Assembly (NCBI GenBank): GCA_012295275.1
Contig: CM022675.1
Location: 4,960,001 to 5,024,000, forward strand
Length of the DNA: 64,000 bases
Direction: 5' to 3'
Source of the DNA: Chrysomallon squamiferum
Lineage: Eukaryota; Animalia; Mollusca
This document shows, piece by piece, positions 48,901 through 62,866 of this stretch (the stretch's first letter is position 1; each line of letters opens with the position of its first letter). The notes under the pieces were generated by a model. The model did no database searches, was not told the DNA's origin, and saw nothing but the letters and a program-made list of their open reading frames with translations. A program made the translations under genes and the position numbers.

Positions 48901-51174
48901 TTGCTCCAGTTTTTGTGTTAAGACAAAACTATTTTTATATCATATATTAACACTTAATGATGATTCTAACAATTAAGGAAATATATATATATTTTTTAAA
49001 ATAAAGTTATATTTTACCAACTTCTAAACTTTTTTGTTGTAATAAACCTTAACAGTTTATAATAAAGTTATGACTTATACAAACATAGCAAAACTTAATA
49101 AAATATGATGAAATTTAAAAAAAGTTCCAGCAAGATATAGAATTTTAATTATATCAAGATATATAACTCTTCAAATATAACTATTTTGAATATATTTATT
49201 TATTTTTCCATAGATTTCATAGAAATGATACTTAAACATCAATAAATTAATATTATTTTTCAGGCCATATAATAAATATTACAAACAGACAAATTTTGAC
49301 AGAGTATTATCAATTTTGTGTTTTGTTTGTTTGTTTGTTTCTAAAGTTGAAATTTATTTTCAGTGTAACTAAAATATAAATAATCTATTAATTTTGAAAC
49401 TTCTGGGTTTTTTTGTTGTTGTTTTAATCAGTTTGGTTATAATACTTATAGTTCATTTTGTTAGGTTATTAGAAAATGCATTATTTGTTATGTTTTACTT
49501 TAAGTAATTTTACAATTTCAAATAAAAGTTTAAAATTACAATTTTTAGGCAAATGTTTTGATTTTCTATTACTTTAAATTTGCCTTCTTTTTTTATTTTT
49601 GATGTTGATCTTTCAGGGTTTTTTAACAAGTTTAATACTTTCAACAATTCTATTGTGCATTATGCAATGATTTTTATTTTAATGTTGATTTATTTCACTA
49701 TAAATTTGAGAATTTTAGTTCATTTTCCTTTACTATTATCTCTTTTATCTTTGTATCTTTTTATTTATATTTAATTTTTAAATTATTTTTGATATTTTAT
49801 TTATTTATATATTTATTTTTTAAAATACTGGTATTCAAAACTTTTCTGTATGTATATCATAACATTTAAATTAATAGCATCCATCAGCTATAGATGTAAC
49901 TTTCATTATATTGAAGAATCTAACTAGCCGAAGTAATTAGTTTAAATTTGGGATTAAACGCCTTTCATTAATTTTTATTTATGAATTTGTTTTTGGTTTT
50001 TCTCTATGAGATATATTCCTGTCACAGTTTTAGGCTCATCATAAATAATTATTAGTAGCCGGGATGCCTGTCAAAACAGTCTGCTAGATCATTGTAGAAG
50101 TTCAAGATGACAGAGGAAATAAAAGAGAGAAATGTACTCAGTGAATACAGATAAAACAAACTGTAAGCAGGAAACCAGTTTGAGTTTATTGTGGCTAATC
50201 CAGCTTTAATTCCAGAATTGCTCAAATGTAATCTTGTTTTGCAAACATAATTGTGCAAGCTGAAAGTAAATCTCTTTCTGGTTTTGTAGGCAATTATGAC
50301 AAAAAAGACCTGAAGATGACAAATTCTTCTGATACTCTTACTAGCCAGTCAGAGCAAGTCAATAAAGGAGAAACATATTCTGAAGTAAGTGGTTTTGATG
50401 TTTTATAGTAATAAATAATAGTAATGTGTTTAAGTACACATGTACATTACATATGAATGCAGGGCTTGTAATTGCCAGTCACCAAATGCTACCAAAGTTC
50501 CATTTTTTTCTATAAGTTATAAGACAAGAGCCACTATCAATAATTTGATGGCAATATTTCTTTCACAGAAGTGTTACTTAAAATGGTAGAATTCTCTTTT
50601 TTTTATTCTCTGTAATGAACAGTTACAAAAATTATGTTTTTAATCAAGATCTTAACTCATTAATTGTAAGGTTTGCTTCAGGTAAAGGATTTAGTCTTTT
50701 TTAATGTTATTTTTGCTGCTTCTTGAATGTTACCCTCATATCCAGATAAATAAAGTCAGTATTAAAACATTGTTAAAGTATAATTCATTGATAATGTATA
50801 ATAATTTTCAATGACTGAGATGTTTCTTCCCAAAGATTTTATCGTGAAATTAATCATATACTCCTAGCCTGGAAAGGGTAAAAAAAATAGTCTTTTTAAT
50901 AATGTATGTTAAGCTTTAGAATGATAAACTTGATGCTTATTTTTTGTTTATTGTTATTTTATTTTTATTTTGTTAATTTTTCTTTCTATTTTTGTTTATT
51001 TAGATAAATCTGGCTAAAAAAAGGGGAATGTACAAAATCAACAAAATTGCCTGATCTTAAACAAATAGTAGGAAACAATGACTCACACATGAAACCAGAT
51101 AGTTGTTTAAATATAGCTGTCATACCACCAGCACAAACTTTGGATTTTCTTGACCAGCATGGACGACCTTTCAG
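40910..51174 (+). pseudogene. Decayed multi-exon gene; one exon resembles the EF-hand-like N-terminus of the KASH5/LRMP(IRAG) family
   Basis: Many short AG/GT-bounded exons (e.g. 41280-41404, ~42332-42414, ~43682-43827, 44360-44509, ~46790-46873, ~47225-47579, ~48015-48060, ~50290-50383, ~51004-51174). 41280-41404 reads PEEHLIRLMNMLDPKGVDPFVAKNFYKKIIKTWILEL, similar to the L..LDP.G..V....F..vm..WI motif of KASH5. Exon 44360-44509 has three in-frame TAA. Confidence 0.4.
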
Positions 51175-51349
51175 GTAACTCAGATACAAGTGAACTTCAA
51201 CTTGAAAAAAATTAATGAGTCAGTTCCAATGTTTCGTAGACTTTATCCGCTCCTTGTTGTTTCCGGCACTTGTCTAGCTCGTTGAAGGTCTCCTATTCAT
51301 TTATTATGTACATTTTAAAAAATGAAAAAAAAACGAAAAACCAATAACT

Positions 51350-54300
51350 GTTTTGATTATAGTATGGTCTCTAAAAGTCCATAGTGTAGTTTTGTTTTGA
51401 AAGTCAATTATTAATTTATGGTTTGGTCCTATTCAAATTGATCCATCAGATATTCATATCTGATTCCATCCATAGATAACCATCATGCTGTTGTTGTTTA
51501 GTTTGTTGGCAATCTGATTTCAATGTTTTCTGATTGAGTGGTTTGAAACAGTGCTGTTTGTTTTGGTGTTGTTCCATTTTTTGCCATTGTTTTTGTCGTA
51601 ATGTTTGGCTGTGATGGAGAGAATTTCATTTATTCTGTAATGTATGTCTGTGCAGATGTCTTCGTCTTTAATGCTGAGTGACTCTTTGGCGTAATGGTCG
51701 GCAAGTTTGTTGTCGTATGTCCTCATGTAGATGTTGTATTCTGCTGAGTAGGTCTGGTCTGCTGGAATGTCTGGATTGTATTGGGGTGACGGAACTTAGG
51801 CTGTCTGAGAATATGACTGTGTTTGTTGTTGTTGTGTTTCACCCACAGCATGGCTCTGATGATGGCGACCAAGTCGGCCGTGCATGCCAAAAGGTGATTT
51901 GTGATACGGCCGAATTGTATGCATGTGGGTTTGTTTGTGTGATCTTGGGTTATGAAGGCAAATCCTACTCTCCCGTTGTCTGGGTTTTTGGATCCGTCAG
52001 TGTAGATGTGCATGTGTTGTTTGTAGTGGTCTTTTGCTGCTGCTAGAAATATGGCTTTTTTGTCTGTTTCTGTTTTAATTAGGAAAGGTGTGTTTATTGC
52101 TAGTTTTGCTTCTTTGTGGTATGCCGGCAGTGGCATTTCCCCTATTCCTGTTTCCCTTTTGATTTTGTTGGCTGTTGTCAGGAAATTCGATAGAAGTAGA
52201 TTATGCAATTTAAAGGGTTGCCCTATTCTTTGTTGGTCGGGGACCAGATCCTTGACGGGGTGGTCTGTATTGAGGGTGTGTATTTTCAGGCTGTATTACA
52301 GTAGCTGCAGCTTTCTTCTGTATTTCAGTGGTTGGATGCTGTATTCTGACAGGAGGCTGTCGGATGGTGTTGTGTTTGGCAGGTGGCTGATCACCCTGAG
52401 GGCACTTGATTGAATTGTGTCTAGTTTTTTTAAATAGTGTTCGGGAGCATTCGAGTAAGCTGTGGCTCCGTAGTCAAGCCTGGAGATAATACATGCTTAT
52501 ATAATACATAAATAATTCAAAATTAGCGTTGACTCGTTTGCTCCCCAACTGGTTCCAGAAATTAACTTTAGAAGATTGAGTGTTTTTTTGCAGGATGCAA
52601 TTATGTTGTGTATGTGGCATCCGAAGTTGAGTTGACTGTCGAATGTAGAAATTTGAATGTTTGTCAAATGTGTGATTTTGTTGTTATCTGTTTTTTTGTT
52701 GAAAAGAGACATTTTTATGCCCCAGTTCAACGCCCAGTCGTTTATGTTGTTTAGGTCTTTTTGTATTTGTTTCTTCCTGCCTGCCAAAAGGCGCAGTCGT
52801 CTGCAAAGAGTGCTGAGTTTATTGGTTTGGTTGGTGGATTCTTGGTGTTGTCTTGTTTGTCGAGTGCTGTGACGATGTCGTTGATGTAGATGTTGAAGAG
52901 TGTTGGTGAGATCACGGAACCTTGTGGGATGCTGTTTTCGATTGTCATTTTCTCTGAGGTGTGACCGTTTACTTTGACTGCTATGGATCTGTTGTTGATA
53001 AAGTCTTTAATGAAGTTGAACGTGTTGCCTTTGATGTTGTTGTTTATTAATTTGACAAGCAGTCCTTCCCTCCATACCATGCTGAATGCTTTATCAATGA
53101 TGTTTTTTGATTTCCTAAAAGATTGGTTGATTGATGTTTGCAGACGGGTGATCTGGTTGTTTGTGCTGTGTTTCTTCTTGAAGCCCGCTTTGATATTTGC
53201 TGATTAAATTGTTGTTGTTTAGATGCTGGCTCAGGCGTGTGTTAAAATCGTTTCCAATGTTTTGCACATGTGTGATGTCAGTGTGATTGGTCTGTAGCTG
53301 TTGGGTAGTGAGTGATCTTTGTGTGGTTTGGACAAGCTGAAACATATTGTGGTGTAGAGGTTGAGTAAGATTAGTAGTGTTTTGTCTGGTAGGTGTTGTA
53401 GTATTGTGTAGCTTATTTTATCTGGCCCTGTGGCTGTACTTTTCTTGTTTTTGAGTGCATGTTTTAATTCACTGATGTTGAAGAGTTGATTGTATTACAA
53501 GTGTTCTGTGTCTGTGGAATGTTCTTCGTGAATTCCAGTGGGAAGTTTGAGTTGCTGCTGGACTTGGTGAAAGTTTCGCTGAGTAGGTCTGCTTTTTGTT
53601 TGTCTGTGGATGTGATGTTGTTTTTGCTGAGAGTGTTGATTCAGTGGGGAATTTTGCCTTGGATGTTCTTTCACTTTGGCCCACATGTCTTTGACTGATG
53701 TTTTGTGGTCGATGTTGTTACAAAAGAGTTCCCAGTGTTCTTGTTTTGCACTGAGAATTAGATTGGAAACTTCTTGTTTTGCTATTTTGTATTTTTCGAG
53801 TGTGGAATGATTTCTGTCTTTTTTGTATTGTCTTCTGTATTTGTTTCTCTCTTTGCATTTCTTTTCTATCTGTTCCATCCACCAGGGAGTGGTTATTTTG
53901 CCGGTGCATTTGTTGGCAGTGGAGTGTATCGTGTTGTGAGCGATGTGCAGTAGGTGTCAATGTGGTTGAGGTTCTGTGTGGTGATGTTTCTGTATGCTTT
54001 GTAGAAGCCTTCCCAGCCCGCTATCTTGAAGTTCCATTTGGATGTGAAATTGGATCTGTCCGAGAAAGTGTTCTTGCTGTTGTAGTTGGTGAGTATTTGG
54101 TGATGGTCGCTGTTTAGTCCATTGAGCTCTTGCCATTCGCAGAGCACTGTGATGTCCTTACTTTGTGAATGTTAAATCAATGGCGGATTGGCCACCAGTG
54201 ATGTTGCTGGTGTATGTGTGTGTTCCGTCGTTCAGAGAGACCAGCTGGTTTTGCTCTATGAGATTTTCTAGGATGATTCCAGGGCTGTCATCTGTCGAGA

Positions 54301-54852
54301 AACCCCATAAGGTGTTGTGACAGTTGAAATCACCCACTATAATGAGCTTGTTGTTTGTTGTGATCATTTTGTTGAAGTCGTGGGTTTGAATGGTGTGTAG
54401 TGCGGGTGTGGGTGGGCTGTATATGTTAATTATGTTGATGTTTTGATTGTTGTTGTCTACTGTGATGCTTAGTATTTCTGTGTTGGCATGGACTTTGCCT
54501 TGGTTCAGCTTGGTGTGTGGAATGTGTTGTTTGATGAATGTCATGTTGAATCTGTTGACTTGATGACTTTGATACCCGGGGACCTTAAAAGCTTTTGTTG
54601 TTTTGTTGTTTTTGTTGTAGTGTCATAGCCATGCATATTACATCTTGTCTGTTTTGAGTGGAGGTCAGGAAGTGTACGAGTTTGTCTCCATGGCCTGCAG
54701 AGTGGAGGCCTTTAGCTGAAGAGTGGAGAGGTCTGTGTTATTGTGTACTTGTTGTGAAGAGTTGACAGGTCTGTGTTATTGTGTACGTGTTGTCAAAAGT
54801 GGAGAGGCCTGTGTTATTGATGTGCTTGTCGTGAAGAGTGTGTAAATGGTTG

Positions 54853-54885
<33 letters not shown>

Positions 54886-55135
54886 GTTCACTGTTGTTTT
54901 GTGTTTGTGGGATTTCTCTTGTCTGTGTGTAATTTAAGTATTTTGTTCTCTGTGGAGATCTTCAATTATCTTCAGTTACCATGTGCTCCAAATTGGAGTC
55001 AACAGTGATGTTTCCTTGGTTGTTTCTGATGTTTTGCAGTTCAATGAGGAGGCAGACAATAATTTTGTGTATTGCTGCAATTCTGACCTCCTTGTCTAGG
55101 TTGTCTTTTGGTTTGTTGTTGTGATGGTCGATTTT
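51350..55135 (-). mobile_element. Decayed non-LTR retrotransposon (LINE; APE + RT + RNase H; I-group-like)
   Basis: Endonuclease NIYSPP, IIVGDFNCHNTLWG, SAIDLTF, SDHHQI (54100-54544); RT WREGLLVKL, IPQGSVISPTLFNIYINDI, LFADD (52751-53080); RNase H IYTDGSK (~52000). Many frameshifts. Boundaries approximate. Confidence 0.92.
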
Positions 55136-56516
55136 TTTTGATCAGTCATAGTTTGGTTTTTTTTCGTTTTTCTTTTAACTTTCTTCACATGTATCTTGAT
55201 TTTTCAATGTAAAGTATTTTAAATATTTAGTGGTAAAATATTAAAAAGATGCTGTGATGTGAATCTATATATGTGTGTATGTATGTAAGTATTATGTATG
55301 TATATATACATATGTGTGTATGTGCATGTTTGTTAATTGAAAGAAGTACAAGAATTTGATCTTTTACCATGATCTTCTGCAATACACAAACTTCGGCTAA
55401 AGCTTGGAGCACACACAGAAAGGTGTTGCAGGACTAACTGAAGGTGCACACATGGCGGTTCCACAGAAGCCGAAGGTTTCAAAAGTTATACAACTGAGAT
55501 TTTACATTTAAATACAGCAATGCTCAGAAATTTACAAAAGTGTTTTATGGTCAGAATTTAATTTGATATATTTATTTACATATTTATTTATTTTATTTTA
55601 TGTTATTTTATGGTTATTGTTATATATATGTGTGTGTGTTTTTTATTAATCTTTTTTCCTATCGCAGACGGAGGGTCTGTTGTCACTGTTGTCAGTTGTT
55701 GGAAAGTCATCACCAATGACAAAGTTGTGTCTTAACAATCAGAAGAAAAACCTAAAAGAAAATGAAATTGGATTAACTTTTCACAAAGTTTGCTGCTTCC
55801 ATTGATAATAAATAAATACATTTAAAAAAAAAAGAACAATAAAAGTAATAAAAAAAGAAACAATAATAAATAAATAAACAGGCTAAAGCTAAGCCTTACC
55901 CTCGTCCTAACCTGACACTAGAACTAACCCTAATCCTAACCCTAACCTAAGTTTATCCAGTGGTAAAAATAAGAATGAAAAAATTAAATAAAAGGGTTTA
56001 TTATTGTTGATGCTGTTTTAAGTTGTTTCTTTTTAGATTATTCATATAAATTTAATTAATTTTAATCACTGTCAAGAAGTCAGGGGAGAAAATTGAATCA
56101 TCTTGTAATTGTCCCTTCAGCTTCCTGTTTAACTGACAGCACTTGGAGGACATCCTGGTAAACAGTTATAGTTAGTTTTTATTTTTAACATTTATATGGT
56201 TCATATTTACTGAAAGTTGTCATCTCATTTATTTACTTATTTATCTTCCTCTAGGAATGCTGGGTAATACAATGCATTGTCCAGCCATTCTCACAGATAA
56301 AGGAAACATCTGACACTATCACTAGGTGATGTCCTTGACATTGCAGCCATGTTGAAAGGTCATGGTGAGTGATTATATATTATGTAGTAGTGTAGTAATA
56401 ACAGTTCACAGCTATCTGTCTATCTTTCTATATATCTATCTGTAATAATAAACATCAATTCTGCTTATTTATGAATATTTATATGTGGTTGTCTCTCACT
56501 TGAAGCCTCTCTATGT

Positions 56517-56605
<89 letters not shown>

Positions 56606-57802
56606 ATAATAATATAGAAGAGAAATGAAAGTGATGAAAGTATATCAAATTTCAAGAATCTAAGAAGTGTATTCTACCAGTTGATGAATGGAACACTATC
56701 ACTGAGGCCAAGACAGATGGAGAAGTACCTACCTGGCTTTAGGTAATAAACAAAGTATATGTATGTGCTGTATTCTGTTTGTGTGTAATTTTTCATTTTT
56801 TCGTTTGTGTATTAACATACGTATACAAAGAGAGACACATAGGCAGATATATAGATAGACATATAGATATATAGATTTTGTTAATATATGATTATGATTA
56901 TTATTTTAACGTTTTCACAGACTTAAAGCAGACAGAAAGGTAGAAAGATAGACATATATAAAACAAAAGAATACAGAGATACATATCTGCAATTGTTGGA
57001 TAAATAGTTTTAAAAAGTTATTATTATAACAACATTAGTTTTATTAACTTTATTTTCTTTACAAATACCTACACAGATTATAAAAACACATACACACATA
57101 TACGTATGTATATTTGTTTGAATAAAATCTACATATGTATTTATAATTAAAAGAACAAGAAAATAAATAAACGAAACATGTAGTTGTGTGTGTGTGTGTT
57201 TTATACATATTTGGAAAGAGAGCGAGAGGGAGATTAATAAATAAGAAATGATTAATATGAAATAGCATTTCTCATTACAATACTTAACATATATATGAAC
57301 GTTTCCATCCAGTTTTAATATCAACTTTTATATTAATTTCTAAACTGTTCCTTTCTTTTTTATGTAAAGAACAATAATTTCCTTCTCACATATAAACAGT
57401 TGTTGAAATCACTCTTTTTTGTTGTTGATTTAATGTAATATCTTATTATTATTATTATTCATATATTATTTTATTTGTCTTGTTACAATTATTATTAATA
57501 TTGCTATTGCTTTTCTTCTTATTATTAGTCTTATTATAATGTATTATTATTTCTACTACTACTACTAGTATTACAAATACTACTGTTGTTTCTGTTGCTG
57601 TTACAACTGCTGTTCCTGCTCCTTCTCCTCTCCTGCTCTACTAATGCTGCCAAAACTAGTACCACTGCTACTACTACTACTACTACCACTGCTACTACTA
57701 CTACTACTACTACCACTACCACTGCTGCTACTACTACTACTACTACTACTAAAAATTACCTCTACTACTACTATTACTACTACTACTGCTTGAATTTTCC
57801 AG

Positions 57803-58511
57803 GATCCAGTTACTTGTTTAAACAGTGGAATAGCATGGATACTGATGTCTGATTCTGTGTCTGTAGACAAGGCTATAGATTACTACAACAGAGTAGAGGT
57901 ATTCCATTTACATCATCAATGTATGATTTATTATATATAAGTGTAATTTGGTTTACCTACTACTCCCAGTCTGTCAGTCTGTCGCTCTTTCTGTCTGTAT
58001 GTGTGTGTGTTATTGTTACATCTGCAAACTCTATATCTATTTACCAGTGTATGTCTACAATAACCTGTCTGTCTGTCTGTCTGTCTGTTGGTCTACATCA
58101 TCAACCTACCTATCTACCCAATATCTAACAGTCTCTAAATACTTTTACATTCTAAATAAATATATCTATGTATGTTTGTATTTTGTTTTATATTTGTCTG
58201 TCTTTCTAACATGCTGTCTGTCTTTAAGTCTATGACTATATGTAACTTTACTTGTCTATCTATATAATCTACCTGTGTCTGTGTATAATCGGTAAATATC
58301 CATTTGTTTTCACAATTTTTTCCGTAAATATTTCTCTCAACTGCAACATTGTTCTTTAACACTAACAATGATTAATATGAATAATTTTAAAAAACGTGTT
58401 TATTGTTATCTAGGATATATTTTATGAGATATTTGGACAGCCATTCATAGTGTCAAGAATTAACAGAAAAGTTGATGATGTTAAAAGTACAGAACTGGAG
58501 GCAAAAGTCAG
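57803..58511 (+). pseudogene. Two exons encoding an RRM-like fragment (hnRNP L/PTB/matrin type)
   Basis: 57803-57898 DPVTCLNSGIAWILMSDSVSVDKAIDYYNRVE and 58414-58511 DIFYEIFGQPFIVSRINRK.. resemble hnRNP L RRM3 (GAAMVEMADGYAVDRAITHLN..FGQKLNV). Matched by eye only. Confidence 0.4.
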
Positions 58512-59394
58512 GTATAGTGATGATGTCATAGTCTTTTTTATTTCTCTCTCACTAGCATTTCTGATTTTCTCTTTCACGTTCTTTCTTCCTTTCATTGTCT
58601 TTCCCTGTTCATAAAGTGTATATGCATAATTATTTAAAGATAAGCTTTAAACAGAGTAGTTGGTTTTTGACTTGATGCACATTGAAAGGCTCACATATAA
58701 CAAAAATAAAAAAATAAATAAAAAAATAAATAAATAAAAAAAATAAAAAAAATAATAAAATAATGGTAACGGATAAAAAAAAAATTAAAAATTAAAAAAA
58801 ATCCTTTCATTTGTAATTATGTGTATCGGTATCATGTGCTCATAAAATGATGTCAGTTCTTTTTGTGAAATGGACAGGGATGAAAGCTTATCTTTAAATA
58901 ACTGTGAGATTTTTGATAACCATTGTTTTTACAAACTGTATGAATGAATGAATGAATGAATGTCAATTCTACTTCATAGAAAATCATTTTAAAAATGCTC
59001 TAATGAAAATGTTCTGATAATTTCAACCATACAACTTAACTGATGGTTGTTGCCTCTATCCAGTGTTCTGATATAGAAAAAAATACTTTCTACCATCCTG
59101 TTTGTATGCTTTTTTAATACTCTATTCAACATTTTCTGATACAAAGGATAACATGATAAAATATTCTGATACACCTTCACAGAATAACATGAATAGATAT
59201 TCTGTTAATTCACAAACACTGATACTGATATTTATGTGCTGATAAAATAGACAGATCAAAGTTTATAAAGGAAATCATATTTTTATTAGATTTTTGTTTT
59301 CAAACTGTGATCTCTATCTTTGTTGTTTTCATTGAAGTGTTTTTAATAAGAAGTGTTTTCGTAATGTCAGTTATTATTTACTTATCACATGCAG

Positions 59395-59627
59395 AAAGAT
59401 CAGGGACATCGACATCAGCATCACTCACCACTGCTGAAACAACACAACAGCCTGAATCAGATGAATCACCTACTTGTTCTTTGTGTTCAGAAGAATTTTT
59501 AGATAAGTGTCATGCAGACTCGTGTTTACATGAGTTTTGTTTCAGCTGTTTGGAGAGGTGGTCTAGAAGCAGAAGAAATTGTCCAGTTTGCTCTGAAAGA
59601 TTCACCACCATCATGCACAACGTATGA
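59395..59627 (+). CDS. Exon encoding a Topors/ICP0-like C3HC4 RING finger
   Basis: CSLCSEEFLDKCHADSCLHEFCFSCLERWSRSRRNCPVCSERFTTIMHNV* has all eight C3HC4 ligands plus the Topors-type CLHxFCFxC..WS...CPxC..F..I.H.V pattern. Acceptor catgcag at 59394. Confidence 0.75.
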
Positions 59628-60101
59628 AACTCTTGCTTATTAAATTATCAGTTTCACCAGATGAAGTGACTTTAAAAGATTTTAAGAATGCAAGCTCCCT
59701 TTACGAAACTTTCAGCTACTTTGTGTAGGAAAGTGAATAACACAGTCTTCACAACTGATGTCACAAAACCCGAGCCAAAACAGAGAGAAAAAATAAAAAT
59801 AAATAAATAAATAAAGAATCTACAAGTATAGCATCAAAAATATACAGGAAGCTCCCGTTTTTATATAAATAAATAGATAGGTGAGAAGGCGCGATATTAA
59901 GGTGTTATTGTTGTTATTATTGTTGTACTGTTGACAAAGAGAGGACTTTGACAAACATGGTGTCTGCTTCATTGACATATTGATAATTACTGATTTCTTA
60001 TGTAAAAGGAGAAGTGATGGTTGTAATATGAAATATGAAGTATATTACACAATACAACTTGCGCTGAAGTTATGAATAAGCAGAAATGTAAAGTACTAAA
60101 T

Positions 60102-60524
60102 AGTGCTCACGTTTTTAAAATTTATTTTTGTAACTCAGTGGTAAAATTATCAGTGTAAATAGTGTTATCCTTCAGTAAAACTGACACCTTATTTTTACTT
60201 GTTTATAATTATGTGATGTTATATAATTTATTCGTGTAAATAGCGGTATCCTTAATTTAAAATATTACCTTATTTTTACTTATTTAAAACTATGGGGTAT
60301 ATAGTGTATACAGCACTCGTTTACAAAAAAATTAAAAACAAAACAAAAAACATGATAATGTTGTATACATAATGGAATATCATTTAAGTTTACTTCTGTT
60401 TTTTTATAAGTAATACTATCAAAATAAACTGAAAATAATCTCTATATCTCCCAAAATACAGGTATTCTCTACAATCGACGTTCTTACTTGAAATTTTCAT
60501 TTTACTCTCTAATATAATTTACGA
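60102..60524 (-). repeat. Right arm of the long inverted repeat (partner 35701-36046), with an internal ~80-bp tandem duplication
   Basis: Reverse-complement match to 35701-36046. gtgtaaatag..tatcctt..accttatttttactt occurs twice (~60153 and ~60234). Confidence 0.85.
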
Positions 60525-60599
60525 TATGCTGGTCTCTGTATCTGTGTGTGTCTCTCTGTCTGCTGAACATTAGTCTTACCTTTCAGCAACTTCTTTTCA

Positions 60600-61520
60600 A
60601 TGATCCATTTCCCCATCCACCCAATAATGGAGGACTACGAGTCCAAACAGCTACACAACACAAAAACCTACCAAAAGAGCTTGTAGTAGCAATAGCTGTA
60701 AGCGGCCTTCAGGAGACTCTTCGACTGTGGATCTACAATAAAGAGCCCACAACGCTTGAAGAGGTGAGGTATTTTGCACATGTAGCTAACCAATCCACTA
60801 AAATGATGCAACTGCCCAATGTGGCTAACTTGGAAGAAAAGGTGGGCCACCTGTCGACATTGGTGGAAGCCTTACTAACTAACAAAGGTTAGGAGGTCAA
60901 CTGACTACAGCACGAGGCCATACCCCAACAGGACATGACACCACCTCAGGCATCCACTTTCCAGCCCCACGGAACAAAGCTTACCACCACAACGAGAATC
61001 AGGAGCCTGTGTACTAACCAGTATTTCAACCAGCAAACCAACCAAAATTCCAGCCACAGTACCAGCGAGTCCACCAGAATAGAGCGATGTCGGCTCCACT
61101 GCAGCAGCCAACCAGACAGTACCAGCACCCTCTACCACCACAACTACGACATCGCTGTAAAGGATGTGGTGAGTACTGCACTAATCAGTTTGTTTGTCCA
61201 CATGCCAACACAGTTTGTACATTTTGTTCATATTGAGGTCACCATGAATCAGCAAGCATTAAGTGCTACAACAGCTATACCAGATAGTAATTCGCGCCTG
61301 ATAGACAGAGAGAATCTGATATCAGGCACAAACCAGAATACGTTTCACTTGTAGCTCCTTTAACAAAAAACACAGTTCAAGTTGAGGTGGTTCAAGTTAA
61401 AATGACGGCTCTTGTAGACACAGGTGCATCCATTAGCTGTATTAGCGAACAGTTCATGCACAAATTACAAGTACAGCCCTTAATGTCCAAGTATGACATC
61501 CCTGTCATCATAGGAGTGGT
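60600..61520 (+). mobile_element. Gypsy-like LTR retrotransposon relic (gag C-terminus, zinc knuckle, aspartic protease)
   Basis: Gag-like SGLQETLRLWIYNKEPTTLEEVRYFA; Cys knuckle CKGCG..CPHANTVCTFCSY*GHHES (~61150-61260); protease ALVDTGASISCIS (61408-61446). Contains stops and frameshifts; no RT or LTR seen. Confidence 0.85.
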
Positions 61521-62866
61521 CACAAATATCCAGTGTGGTAAGGACCAAACTTGTCTCAAACATAAACCACAATCAAATAACATTTCCTTTGATCTAACTG
61601 CAATTCAGTAAATATTACAGCTTTTTTTAGTTTTATATATTTCTGATGAAGCTAACTAACATTTTCAGAATTAAAATGAAGATAAAAAATTAAGAAATTA
61701 TTGTTAATATTACAATGTAGAAAGAATTTGATTAACACATTATGACAACAAAATAAAAAAAATATTTATAAGCTCTTTTTATATCCCTTTACAACTTGAG
61801 TCATTATGTTATAATTAGCTATAAAAAAAAAAAAAATTATCTCTCCTTTAAATAAAATTTTAAAGCAAAACTGCACAATAAAGTGCCATCCAGGTATATT
61901 TACACAATACTATTTTGTTCTTAATTTCTGTATTAATTAAAATTAGTGGGAAAAAACCCAAATAAAACAATTAGTAAGCTTCCCAGTAAGTCACCAAGGA
62001 TACATTAAAAATATTTTTAATTTTTTTTTTTTTTTCAGAAATCAAATGGTTATCAGTGGGTTACATTATAAGAAATTTTCATGGGAGTTTCCTTGGACAA
62101 ATAAGGATGAAGAATGCAAGGAAGTAAATTTTATTTAATAATTTTCATTTGTTCATGTAAATTATTTTCATGTCAATAGGAAATTTATAAATAAAAACAG
62201 AAATACCTGAAGTGAAGAGAAAGAAATTCCTGTTTTTAGACTGACCTGTTTTGTGCCAAATTACAAATTATTTTTAATCCCCAGTGAGGTTCTTTTAGAA
62301 ACAGCTATGGTTCCTACTTTTTAAAAGATCTTGTAATTAATTTTTTTCTGCAGTTTATCTGGAAATGATAATCAATGTAATTGTTTTTCTTCTTCTAATG
62401 CCAGTTTCCAACATGTACTGTTGCTCTGAAAGGACTTCCTGTACTTTTATCAGCATATCCATTTATGGATCCTCTGACAGAACCAATAGACATAGAAAAT
62501 AATGAAATTTTAGAATGAATGTTCCTGTGTGTCTGAGCATTTCAGTATTCATTTATAATCTCATTTAATGAAAACAGTAGAGAAAATAATTCCTTTTACT
62601 TTTTTGTTTAATGCTTTTCTTATTTCCAGGTTGTTTTTTTTCATTTCATTGTTTTCTTATTATTTATGAAATAATATTTTCAGTTTTGTTTTTGTTTTCA
62701 CTTTAAAAAAAAATAATATGCAAAATATTTTTTCTTTCATCATTTTAAAATTTTTATTTATTTTATTATTATAACTTTTTTCTTTTTTTGTCTTCAGTTT
62801 TATAAGGAAATATTGCTGAAATTACACATTATCAAATGTATTTAAATTACTACTGATATTACACAG

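Noticed and set aside
55880-55950. Degenerate CCCTAA tract as a telomere relic
   Set aside because: Too short and degenerate to interpret.
38529-59780. Direct repeats as LTRs of one retroelement
   Set aside because: No TG..CA ends, PBS, PPT or TSD; 21 kb apart; no internal gag-pol.
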